Shown here one piece after another: positions 45,336 through 57,811 of a DNA stretch of 64,000 nucleotides. Within the stretch, counting starts at the first letter, position 1; each line of letters begins with the position of its first letter. A program made the translations under genes and the position numbers. The DNA lies in contig NC_091288.1 in the NCBI RefSeq assembly GCF_032444005.1, forward strand, positions 218,054,001 through 218,118,000, in the 5' to 3' direction. This stretch comes from Ranitomeya imitator (lineage: Eukaryota). The notes under the pieces were generated by a model, which worked only from the letters and a program-made list of their open reading frames with translations, did no database searches and was not told where the DNA came from.

Positions 45336-48300
45336 CTGGCTCTCCTGGAGGGGGGTGCAGACAACGATGTCGCTCTCTTCTGATGTGTTTTGTGTACAGT
45401 GTTTGGGGGTCCACACCGGCCCCCGGCTCCGGCACACATGTTCTGAAGAGTGGTTGTATGTAACCCACCTCCCACCTTCTGTCCTCCAGGTGAATAAAAA
45501 CCGTGAGGCTAAAGGAAGGTGACCAGGAATATAGGAAAATGACATCCATACTGCCGGCCCCCCGAGGATGACTCTTGGAGTTCACCGCAGCCTGACTTGT
45601 ACACTACACTGTGCCCTGTGTAATGCTGTAGGACTTGGTGCCCATTTTTTGCATCCCCCCCCGGCGTGATCGGAGCACCTGGCGTGGTGGAAATCATGGA
45701 CCAACGCCTTGTATAAAAGTGACGCCATAGCGTGCACCGGTGCCTGCAAGGACGGTGAGACGTCAGGACTCTGCTCTGAGGGTGGCATGGACTGGCGGGC
45801 TGCTCCGGCTCATGATTAGTATTTCTTAACACTAGATGTGTGAGCGGTAAATCCTTTTCAAGTAGATGTCCTGGGCGCCAACCGAATTATCTGAGATAAG
45901 GGCGCTGTGAAGGAGGGCGGGAAAACGGGCACGGTACCCTGAGACGTGGTACGTGATGGTGCTGGTCCTCCGGGCAGCAGCGGGAGGTGGATAACGATAA
46001 CGTGGTCAGTTCCAGGACGGGCGTAATGCCATCATTTGAAGATGGACCTCCAAACTCCATGTTTCGGGCAGAATCTGGCTTCACTGGTAGGCTTTGCTTC
46101 TTGCCAGTCTGGTCACAAGTGTCCCGTGAAGGCCAAGCATTGTCTTCTGTGGGCACTTGCATCCAGTCCTCCAAATTGATCCCACTTGTCTCTGTCTACA
46201 GTAGGATGTAGCGGAGACAACGACCCGTACTGTAGGCGAAACGGCAGAACGTGCCCGGCGGCGTTGGGTGCAGCCACGCTCTACGCAGTTCTGTAACTAT
46301 CCCGCGAGCTCGGTGCAGCGGCGCCGGTGCCTGACAGGTTGGAACGAAGCCGCCATGATCCTGGCCATGTTCACGTTGCCCGTGTTTGGTGACTTTCAAC
46401 AGTCAGGTAATGTTCTCTAATACGAGCAGAAACTTCATGAATTTTGGCTGACGACTCCCATCGTACATTACAGCTCCACCCGTCATCCACCCTCGCGACC
46501 GAACAAATGGCTTCAGGGGGTTGGCGTATAAATTCTAGGTTTTAACCCTTTTTTTTGGTTTTTCCTTTTATTTTTTTTATGTTTCTAGGATCTAATATAG
46601 AATAACATGAATTCTTATGGAATGAGCAGGTTTAGTTTAGTGAAGGTATACTTATATCTTTTATAGCAGCTACTGAGGCCGCTTCGCCCCGGTGCTCCCA
46701 CTACTGTGAATCTTCTTAAAGGTTGAATTCTTCTAGCGTTTTATTGTCGGAGATGACAGAAAACAGGTCTGCAGATATCAATGGTGAAGGCCACCAGCTG
46801 GCAACCGAAACCCAGGGGCTTCAGTGCCAACGGAGGTGCTGTCAGGTGTTCCTGAGCCTTGAGGTCATCTGGGTGGGCGACGAACTTCGGGCAGCGTCTG
46901 ACTCGTCTTCTACGGTTGCACCATTAAAAACTTTTAACCCTTAGTTAATTGAGGCGTCCGTAACTTCTGCTCGTTCTTTACTATGGATGAAACTTCCATG
47001 TTCTGCTCCTGTTGCACATGAGGCGCAATAGTGGAGAAAAATCGGAAATTGCATCGTTTTTTTTTTTTTTTTTTCTATTTTACGACAGAACGTTCCGCTC
47101 CGGAAAAAAAGAGATCTTAGAGAGGTTTACTTATAGCAGATGGCGCCAATCTCCGGACGGACGCCCCGGTAGCTAAATATTGGGAATGTGGATAGAAAAC
47201 CGCCCCCTTTCCGTGCTGCTTATTGGCATTGAGGCGGGGAAACGTAGCAGGAAATGTATCGGTGACGTAAAGTTTGGATACATTGTATCCAATCACGATT
47301 CTACGTATCCTGCTGGATAGTTTCCCAAAAAACTGGGGCGGAACTTGTCCGCTGCCCCTGTTGACGAAGGGTCGTCATCTTCGTGGTCGTCTTCTTTTTG
47401 CATTTCACGTCTTTCGCCCATCGCAGCCTTCATTACCGAGTCCAAATCAGCCTTGTAGTCGGACTACATCTTTCCTAGCCATGGTTGATGTGACTAGTAG
47501 CCACGTGAGTTGGTGGCCATGTTTTTTTGTTTTTTTTTTCCTTTGGAGGGGCAGGACGAGGGCAGCAGTTTTCTGTACAAACTTCTACGTGTATATACTT
47601 TCCAGAAGGAGTGAATGCCTGTGTACATAGGTTTATATAGACTCTGTCCATGGTCATTTCAAGCCTTCGTTGTCCGCTCGTTACTGGCCCCGCATGTCGT
47701 TCCACCACCCGTATACGGGCCGTAAAGGGCAGGCGGTAATGTCCCTTTCTACAAGGCAGGAGCTCCTTTTCTGCGACATTTCAGGGCGCCCCCTTCCCTC
47801 TTTTTCGGTTATACACAGGTGAGACGTTGTGTATATAGTGTGCAGGGGTCGGGTACAGGCTGTATATAATGGACGTGTCACTTGCATCTCGCACTGTAAA
47901 TACTGAAAACTGCTGGAAATCCGTCATTTTGATAACTGTTGAAAAAGTTTAAAAGGTAAAAAAAAAAAAAAAAAATTTCTTAACTGTCCTAGTGGTGACG
48001 ATCGCTCCTCACCTCCGCGCTCCCTCTTGTGCGTCACTTCGGGATTTTTTTTTTTTTTTTAATTTTTTTTTTCTTGATCTCCCTTAGTAAATAACATTGT
48101 TCTTCTTCCCTCTATGTTCTCAGTGTCATATAATCTGTCTCCGTATATAAAGTATTTCGCCCTGTCTCACTTCTCATTGTTGCTTATGAAATAACTGAAT
48201 TTTAGTAAAAATATGAAATCCCAAGATTTATCGTTGTGTTTTTTTGTTATTGAGAGTACTACTATATTCTTGCACATAGGGGGCAGTATGGAGGCTGCAG

Positions 48301-48399
48301 TCAAAATCATTCGTCCCCCCCCAAATCAGGATTGTCAGCAAAATTTATCAACTTTCTGCAATAAACTAATGAAACCATGTAAAATGGCTGAACACAAGG

Positions 48400-50330
48400 A
48401 ATATAACAAGTGATTCTGCACCCCGTTCTGAGCAGTTTCTCTCGCACTTCACCGAGCTCCTCTGGCTGTTGTAACCTGCTGCAGATGTGCTGCATCACCA
48501 GACTCGGGCACCGTTCCTGAGGAGTCATAGTCCGGTCCTCGTGGGCAATGGCCTCCAGGTCACTCATATTCTTGCATTGTTAAGTGAAGACACCATGGTC
48601 TCCTTCAAAAAAGATGCAACGGCGTCGAATGTTACTAGAGATACAAGTGGTCTTAGGTGGGCGCAAGGATCGGTGGGGATTGATGCAGCAAATGAAAGGC
48701 ACGTATGAAGTGAGGACTGGAGGCCGCAGGGGAGCAGGTGGTGGTGCACAGTCACAACTAAGAGTCTTAATACCAAGACACAGGTGGATGCCCTGGTGGG
48801 CCTCTTATAGGTCCAGGCTGATATTATGGGAGCACGCCGAGCCACTTGCACAACCCGACGTGGAGAACAGCAACCGTAGAAGGTGATGAAGCCCTCCCTA
48901 GCCGGGCAGATACGTAACGGTACCTCCCAAGTTTAGGTCCTTCCTAGATGAGTTGGTAGTAGAAGAAACCATGCTTTGTGTGGAATTTCTGGAGCAGAAT
49001 AAGGCCACGTATCTCCTCTTTAGGTCCCCGCATTTCTCCTTCGGACCACAAGTCATATCACAGTCCAGAACTTGGTCTATTTCATACTCCCATAATTGGA
49101 TCAGAAGCAGGAACCGCTTTGACTCTAGAAGAGGATTTGTTGAGGACGACCTACAGACAGAGAGTTAGAAAACGTAGAAGGACACACTCGGGCTCAGTCA
49201 CGTCTTACATGGAGGAGACATCCGAGGAGTCCTGATAGGGACCAGGAACATTCGAGACCGAGGAACCAAAGTACAGATTCTGAGAAGGTATTTGAGGTGG
49301 AATTTTGAAGCGGTCATCACAAGATGATCCCCAATAGGAAATCCACGGAAGTCCCAAAATCACCAGTGGATCAGAAAATGGTAAATCTAAAAAAAAAAAA
49401 AAGTCATCCATGCACCCATCTGGAGAGTTACCTTCACTGGCCAGAATTAGATCTGACCACCTGGAATTGTTGAGCCATTCACGGAGGCTAGTTCAAGGGC
49501 GTCTGCAAAAGAACTAAAGAAATGGTCAGCCTCTTGGCCAAAGCCACGTCCATACAATTCTCTCCTGCTCCGGAATCAGTTAGTGCCTGTCCCGTGAACA
49601 TGGAGGACCTGTAGGAAATGACCATAGGCACTGACTATTGAGTGCAAGAAAGCATTAATCCAAGGGTAATGTCCTCCTCCTTGCCGAGGTGGCCTTCAGT
49701 TGGGAACAACTTGTTTGAAAATTATCCCGTTCACCACAACACTTAGAGTCCGCCAGTAAGGCGACTGGATCTTCCCGCTGTAGATGATCTGTTCCAACCG
49801 ATCTCCATGGGTTCCTCTTCTGCCATTCTGGGAGGAGATTTCGAAGACTTTTTTTGGAAAGTGACTCGTGGAATCCAGAGTTTTGTTTTGTTTTTTTTGG
49901 GGGGGGGGTTTCTCCTTAAGTCGTTCTTTAAAATGCTTGTCCACTTGGGTGACGAGGGAATACAAGTCCTAAAGCGAGTTCATCTCTGATCCCTTTGGGT
50001 AAGGCGGCAGAGAAGATGGCCAGGAGAGCGGCATTGTTTCAGGTAAATTCAGCAGAGCACAGAACTTGATGGCAAAATGTCTGAGAGTCAAGTGACTGCA
50101 AAGGGCCCGCAGCGAGATTGACGGCAGCGGGAAGTGAGGGTTCAGTTGGCACAGTGGAGCGCAGACATCTGAAGGTCTCCATGCTGGAACTCTGAGAGGT
50201 CACCACCTCTACTGCCCCAAAAGCACAAGAAAAGTCACCTCAAACCAGGGCCAGCGTCACCACCCTGGCAAGTGCTGGGGCCATAAGTAAGCGGGGTCCA
50301 CTCACAATCGGTGACACCGGCATGCTATGG
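48400..50330 (-). mobile_element. Possible highly degenerate DIRS-like ORF1 remnant
   Basis: Scattered minus-strand fragments (MDVALAKRLTI; DAVASFLKETMVSSLNNAR; AIA..RR.LW-like after indels) resemble amphibian DIRS1 gag motifs. Many stops and frameshifts. Confidence 0.3.
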
Positions 50331-50472
50331 GGGCTCCCTTGTCCTTTAAACTAGATGGAGCGATGATGTCACTACAGCAGAAGACGCCGAGGAGACCGGA
50401 GCTGCGGGGAACAAGGAGAGGTATTTTTTATCTATGGAGCATTATATGGGGCCCATTCTGTATGGAGCATTA

Positions 50473-52032
50473 CTATGGGGGAAATAAGTATTCGATCCTT
50501 TGCTGATTTTGTAAGTTTGCCCACTGACAAAGACATGAACCGTCTACAATTTTAAGGGTCGGATAATTTTAACATTGAGACATAGAATATCAAAAATATA
50601 ATCCAGAAAATTAGATTGTATAAATTATATAAATTTGAATTTTGCAGTGAGAAATAAGTATTTGATCCCTCTAGCAAACAAGACTTCAGACTTGGTGGTA
50701 AAACCCTTGTTGGCAAGCACAGCAGTCAGACGTTTCTTGTAGTTGATGAAGTTTGCGCACATGTCAGGAGGAATCTTGCTCCACTCCTCTTTGCAGATCA
50801 TTAAGACTTTGAGGCTGTCACTTGGCGACTCAGAGCTTCATCTCCCTCCATAAGTTTTCTATGGGATTCAGGTCTGGAGACTGGTTAGGCCACTCCATGT
50901 CCTTAATGTGCTTCTTTTTGAGCCGCTTCTTTGTTGCCTTGGCTGTAAGTTTTTGGTCATTGTCTTGCTGGAAGACCCAGCCACGACCCATTTTTAATGT
51001 CCTGGCGGAAGGAAGGAGATTGTCACTCAGGATTTTACGGTACATGGTTCCATCCATTCTCCCATTGATAAGGTGAAGTAGTCCTGTGCCCTTAGCAGAT
51101 AAGCACCCCAAAACATGATGTTTCCTCCTCCATGCTTGACAGTGGGGATGGTGTTCTTTGGGTCATAGGCAGCATTTCTCTTCCTCCAAACATGGCGAGT
51201 TGAGTTAATGCCAAAGACCTCAATTTTTGTCTCATCTGACCACAGCACCTTCTCCCAGTCACTCACAAAATCATCCAGGTGTTCACTGGTAAACTTCAGA
51301 CGGGCCGCACATGTGCCTTCTTCAGCAGGTGGGCACTGCGGGATATTAAACCTTTACAGTGTAATGTGTTACCAGTGGTTTTCTTGTTGACTGTGGTCCC
51401 AGCTGCCTTGAGATCATTAACAAGTTCCCCCCCATATAGTTTTAGGCTGATCTCTCACCCTCCTCATGATCAAGGATACCCCACGAGGTGAGATTCTGCA
51501 CGGTGCCCCAGATCGATGTCGATTGACCGTCATGTCGTATTTCTTCCATTTTCTTACTATTGCACCAACAGTTGTCTCCTTCTCATGCAGCGTCTTACTT
51601 ATGGTTTCGTAGCCCATTCCAGCTTTGTGCAGGTCTAGGATCTTGTTCCTGACATCCTTATAGAGCTCTTTGGTCTTGCCCATGTTGTAGAGGTTAGAGA
51701 CTGACTGATAATTGAGTCTGTGGACAGGAGTCTTTTATAAAGGTGACTATGTAAGACAGCTGTCTTTAATGCAGGTAACGAGATGATTAGGAGTCTGACT
51801 GGTCTGTAGGAGCCAGAACTCTTAATGGTTGGTAGGGGATCAAATACTTATTTCTTACTGCAAAATGCAAATGTATATAATTTATACAATGTGATTTTCT
51901 GGATTTTATTTTTGATATTCTATCTCTCAATGTTAAAATTAACCTACCCTTAAAATTATAGACTGTTCATGTCTTTGTCAGTGGCCAAATGTACAAAATC
52001 AGCAAGGGATCAAATATTTATTTCCCCCACTG
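50473..52032 (-). mobile_element. Tc1/mariner element (IR/DR type, ~200-bp TIRs), transposase pseudogene ~51683-50790
   Basis: TIRs gggggaaataagtattcgatcc.../...ggatcaaatatttatttcccccactg|ta with internal direct repeats. Fragments MGKTKEL...[60 protein letters not shown] with stops and frameshifts. Confidence 0.92.
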
Positions 52033-52287
52033 TATATGGGGCTCATTCTGTATGGAGCAATATATGGGGCTCCATTATACTGTATGGAGGACTATACTTT
52101 TGTACACTCATGTTATGTAAGCAGTGAGATCTTTGGGATTGTACTATACCTATATTTTTTATCTGTGCATCATGACTTGTAATATGTGTTAAAGGGGCCA
52201 CTGGGGCCCATAAAAACCAGGTTTTGGCCCGGCTTCTAATATGCTAAAAACCATGAAAATAACCACAAAAGCTCTTGGATTGTACAT

Positions 52288-54055
52288 AAGAGCAGTATTA
52301 TAGTAGTTATATTCTTGTACATAGGGGCAGTATTATAGTAGTTATATTCTTGTATATAGGGGCAGTATTATAGTAGTTATATTCTTGTACATAGGGGCAG
52401 TATTATAGTAGTTATATTCTAGTACATAGGAGCAGTATTATAGTAGTTATATTCTTGTACATAGGGGCAGTATTATAGTAGTTATATTCTTGTACATAGG
52501 AGCAGTATTATAGTAGTTATATTCTTGTACATAGGGGCAGTATTATAGTAGTTATATTCTAGTACATAGGAGCAGTATTATAGTAGTTATATTCTTGTAC
52601 ATAGGGGCAGTATTATAGTAGTTATATTCTTGTACATAGGGGCAGTATTATAGTAGTTATATTCTTGTACATGGGGCAGTATTATAGTAGTTATATTCTT
52701 GTACATAGGAACAGTATAATAGTAGTTATATTCTTGTACATAGGGGCAGTATTATAGTAGTTATATTCTTGTACATAGGGGCAGTATTATAGTAGTTATA
52801 TTCTTGTACATAGGGGCAGTATTATAGTAGTTATATTCTTGTACATAGGAACAGTATAATAGTAGTTATATTCTTGTACATAGGGGCAGTATTATAGTAG
52901 TTATATTCTTGTACATAGGAGCAGTATTATAGTAGTTATATTCTTGTACATAGGAACAGTATTATAGTAGTTATATTCCTGTACATAGGGGCAGTATTAT
53001 AGTAGTTATATTCTTGTATATAGGAGCAGTATTATAGTAGTTACATTCTTGTATATAGGAGCAGTATTATAGTAGTTATATTCTTGTACATAGGGGCAGT
53101 ATTATAGTAGTTATATTCTTGTACATAGGGGCAGTATTATAGCAGTTATATTCTTGTACATAGGAACAGTATTATAGTAGTTATATTCCTGTACATAGGA
53201 GCAGTATTATAGTAGTTATATTCTTGTATATAGGAGCAGTATTATAGTAGTTACATTCTTGTATATAGGAGCAGTATTATAGTAGTTATATTCTTGTACA
53301 TAGGAGCAGTATTATAGTAGTTATATTCTTGTACATAGGGGGCAGTATTATAGTAGTTATATTCTTGTACATAGGGGCAGTATTATAGTAGTTATATTCT
53401 TGTACATAGGGGCAGTATTATAGTAGTTATATTCTTGTACATAGGAGCAGTATTATAGTAGTTATATTCTTGTACATAGGAGCAGTATTATAGTAGTTAT
53501 ATTCTTGTACATAGGGGGCAGTATTATAGTAGTTATATTCTTGTACATAGGGGGCAGTATTATAGTAGTTATATTATTGTACATAGGGGCAGTATTATAG
53601 TAGTTATATTCTTGTACATATGAGCAGTATTATAGTAGTTATATTCTTGTACATAGGGGCAGTATTATAGTAGTTATATTCTTGTACATAGGAACAGTAT
53701 TATAGTAGTTATATTCCTGTACATAGGGGCAGTATTATAGTAGTTATATTCTTGTACATAGGAGCAGTATTATAGTAGTTATATTCTTGTACTTAGGAGC
53801 AGTATTATAGTAGTTATATTCTTGTACATAGGAGCAGTATTATAGTAGTTATATTCTTGTACTTAGGAGCAGTATTATAGTTATATTCTTGTACATAGGG
53901 GCAGTATTATAGTAGTTATATTCTTGTACATAGGAGCAGTATTATAGTAATTATATTCTTGTACGTAGGGGCAGTATTATAGTAGTTATATTCTTGTACG
54001 TAGGGGCAGTATTATAGTAGTTATATTCTTGTATGTAGGGGCAGTATTATGGTAG
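52288..54055. repeat. 35-bp AT-rich satellite (~50 copies)
   Basis: Unit ggggcagtattatagtagttatattcttgtacata. A lone copy also lies at ~48257-48290. Confidence 0.95.
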
Positions 54056-55419
54056 CTGCGTGTAATAAGTCTTGTATATAGCGGGTATAAATGTATTTTG
54101 CACACTATTTCCTTCTTACGTTCCTCTTGGCAGATAATAAGAACATTAATCAGGATGATGCTGATTTTTGGACTCTATTCTCAGTAATGACAAGACGGTA
54201 ATTCAGAATATAATGGATTTGTATGATGTCTATATGGTTCTTTTCTGTCCCTTTCGGGATGTAAGATACTTAAGAACGTCGTGAACTCCTATACCGGAGC
54301 GTTTGGTGTGATCGGGGTAGACTGTGGCGATATTTGGGGGCACCAGCACAGGTGGTCAGAGATGTTGTCTGTCTTGTGTGGTTCTTGGCCTCCAGTGTTT
54401 GCAGGAAGGTGAAGTCCTGAGCTGTGTGCAGTGACGTCAGGCGGTGTCTCCCCAGCAGGGGGCAGTCCTGGCACAGCACACAGATGTGCATTCTGCTTCG
54501 TTGGCACGTTGGGGCCACGCACGCTGTGTGATGTGCAGGTATCTGCTCCAGTTTCCATGGAGTCTCTCAGTGATGAGAAATGCAGATATTCATCCACAAA
54601 TCAGAATCTTCCACTTTGTGATCCTCACATATTGTCTCCTGGATCGCCCCCATTACCGCTCCTCTATCTGCAGGGAATATTTCGGTGTGATGGGAGATGT
54701 AGATCTTGATGCAATAAGAGGGGTGCACAAACTTTTTTGGGGGGAATCGTGAGTTATTGTAATAAATGGCCTCCAAGGTGTTCAGAGTCAAGTTGCCCAC
54801 ATAGTGATGTGAGGTGCTGTCGCCCACATGGAGATGGACAGAGGGTTGTTCTCTCCATTGTTGTATGAAGCTAATATGTAGCATATCCAACAGAAGCCCA
54901 AAAAATCAGTAAAATGGCGCCACATAAAGCATCGGCCCAATGCCGCCCAGTCGTCCTGAGTAACCCAATATCACCGCTCCTGACGCCGCGTTCTTCCTGC
55001 CTCCGCTACATCTTACACTCCCGTCTGCGCCATCATGTTCCTGCCTCATCAGCTCCTCATCCCCCATAAATCTCCTGTGTGTCCTTATTACGGTCTCGCT
55101 CATCCGCCGTGTGTCCGCACTTCACCCCAGGGCCGATCTTTGCCCCCTTAGTTCTTCCTCCGGGACAGATGACAATGTACGATGCCAAAATCTGATCCTC
55201 GAGATTCCCAACCAGAACATGTCTCCACATCATTTGTATTCTCCTCTAGGTTCCCGATCCTTGTTACCTTTTATGTTTACCAGCACTCCGGCTTTTAGGA
55301 ATAACCTCCGGAATCCTTTCTTCATGAGATGAGACCCCATCATCTCCACCTTGCCGCCCCACACACCCCGTCAACTTTCACCTCACTACCTCTCTCTGGT
55401 GTTCTACAAAGCTATCATT

Positions 55420-56885
55420 TCACATCTTCCCTTACCCGTGTCCCTTCCTTCATACCCTTCTCACTGCCGCCCTTACCCGTGTCCCTTCCTTCATACCCTT
55501 CTATTTGCCACCCTTATACAGGTCCTTTCTTTTATGCCCTTTTCACTGCCGCTCTTACCCATGTCCTTTCCTTCATACCCTTCTATCTGCCGCCCTTACC
55601 CGTGTCCTTTCCTTCATACCTTTCTCACTGCCGCCCTTCCCCGTGTCCCTTCCTTCATACCTTTCTATCTGCCACCCTTACACAGGTCCTTTCTTTTATA
55701 CCCTTCTATCTGCCACCTTTACACAGGTCCCTTCCTTCATACCCTTCTCACTGCTGCCCTTACCCACGTCCTTTCCTTCATACCCTTCTATCTGCCACCC
55801 CACTTACACAGGTCCTTTCTTTTATACCCTTCTCACTGCCACTCTCACCCATGTCCCTTCCTTCTTACCCTTCTCACTGCCGCCCTTACCCGCCATGTCC
55901 TTTCCTTCATACCCTTCTCACTGCTGCCTTTACCCATGTTCCTTCCTTCATACCCTTTTCACTGCCGCCCTTACCCATGTTCCTTCCTTCATACCCTTCT
56001 CACAGCTGTCCTTACCCATATCCCTTCTTCATACCCTTCTATCTGCCGCCCTTACCCTTGTCCTTTCCTTCATACCCTTCTCTCTGCCGCCCTTACCCTT
56101 GTCCTTTCCTTCATACCCTTCTCACTGCCACCCTTACCCGTGTCCTTTCCTTCATACCCTTCTTTCTGCCACCCTTACCCGTGTCCTTTCCTTCATACCC
56201 TTCTCACTGCCGCCCTTACCCGTGTCCCTTCCTTCATACCCTTCTATCTGTCACCCTTACACAGGTCCTTTCTTTTATACCCTTCTCACTGCCGCTCTCA
56301 CCCATGTCCCTTCCTTCTTACCCTTCTCACTGCCGCCCTTACTCATGTCCCTTCCTTCTTACCCTTCTAATAATAATAATAATCTTTATTTATATAGCGC
56401 CAACATATTCCGCAGCGCTTTACAGTTTAACAGTTTCAAACACAAAAGTCATAAGTAACAACGTTAACAATACAATAATTAAAGCAAAATAAGACACTGC
56501 CACCCTTACCCATGTCTCTTCCTTCATACCCTTCTCTCTGCCACCCTTACCCATGTCCCTTCCTTCATACCCTTCTCTCTGCCGCCCTTGCCCATATCCC
56601 TTCCTTCATACCCTTCTATCTGCCACCCTTACCCATGTTCCTTCCTTTATACTCACTGCCGCTCTCACCCATGTCCCTTCCTTATTACCCTTCAAACTGC
56701 CACCCTTACTCGTGTCCCTTCCTTCATACCCTTCTCACTGCCGCCCTTACCCATGTCCCTTCCTTCATACCCTTCAAACTGCCACCCTTACTCGTGTCCC
56801 TTCCTTCTTACCCTTCTCACTGCTACCCTTACGCATATCCCTTCCTTCATACCCTTCTCACTGCCGCCATTACCCATGTCCCTTC
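55420..56885. repeat. Pyrimidine-rich ~39-bp composite tandem repeat
   Basis: Unit ~tccttccttcatacccttctcactgccgcccttacccgtg. The long Pro/Leu/Ser/Phe ORFs here are repeat artefacts. Confidence 0.9.
56368..56497 (-). mobile_element. Short L2/SINE 3'-tail insertion within the pyrimidine repeat
   Basis: Reverse complement reads ...tgtaaagcgctgcggaatatgttggcgctatataaataaagattattattatta: L2-type stem-loop plus (att)n tail. Confidence 0.7.
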
Positions 56886-57811
56886 ATTTCTACTTCATTA
56901 CTGCCTCCGTCACATCTTACCCCATTTAACCCTTTGTATATTTTCACATTTATTCACTCATTGATTCTTGATCAGCGTCCTCTTTCTTTTTTCACGTCTC
57001 CTAATCGTTTCCCGCCATCTTTCTTCTCGTTCCCAGCCCCCTGGGATCCCCCCTTCCATCATCTCTGTGCCCCTTATACAATTCCTCAAATCTTCCGTGT
57101 TCCTTTATTATTTCGTGTGTTTCCGTTTCCTCACACCCTCGCCCCTGCCTCCTCCATCACCACAGCATCTTCTGTCTTGTATTTTCCTTCATCTTCTCCC
57201 CCCGCCATTGTCTTATTTTTCGGCTTTCCCCATAAAAGCTTTGTCGTTGTTTTCCCCATCGCTGAATGGCGATTCTCCGCTTGGCGCCCGGGTATTTTCT
57301 TCTCAGGGAAGCCCGGCTCTCGGCTTCTGTGTGGCGGGGGTTAACACAGAATGTCTCCTATGGGACATCCTGCGGTCATGAATAATTCATGGGCCCAGAC
57401 GTGCTTACATTATGGATGGATAGTGAGAGATGAGGTGTAGTGACAAACAAGTGCCGCAGACACGACTCGGGGCGGGAGATGGGGATTGTTTGCCTTTATC
57501 TGGGGGGCGACCTGCAAGGGTCCGCCGGCTGTAGAACTACAAGTCCCATCATTCTGCATGAGAAGACGTGTTATTCGTGGCTAGCCGGGCACAGAAACCC
57601 CGAAAGTCCTCAACGTAAAGTGTTTAAAAGGGATTTCCACCCACAGCTATGTATAATTTATCACCCTGCTCATTTCATGCTACAAGTATTTTCTTTCCAT
57701 CTTCCTCCAGCTCCGGAATTTATACCCAAAGTGCAAAAGGTGCCGTCCCTGTCCCAGGACTCGCGGGGGTATAGTCACCAGCCCCCAAATTATATCCCCC
57801 AAATTATATCT

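Noticed and set aside
45560-46520. Possible decayed retroelement (L1 ORF1- or DIRS-like) downstream of MAZ
   Set aside because: Only vague motif resemblance across many frameshifts; I could not support a family assignment without a search.
55329-57344. Long Pro/Leu/Ser/Phe-rich ORFs (263-387 aa) that might be taken for PRRT2
   Set aside because: They are read through a pyrimidine tandem repeat in all three frames, and the PRRT2 CD225 C-terminal motif is absent.
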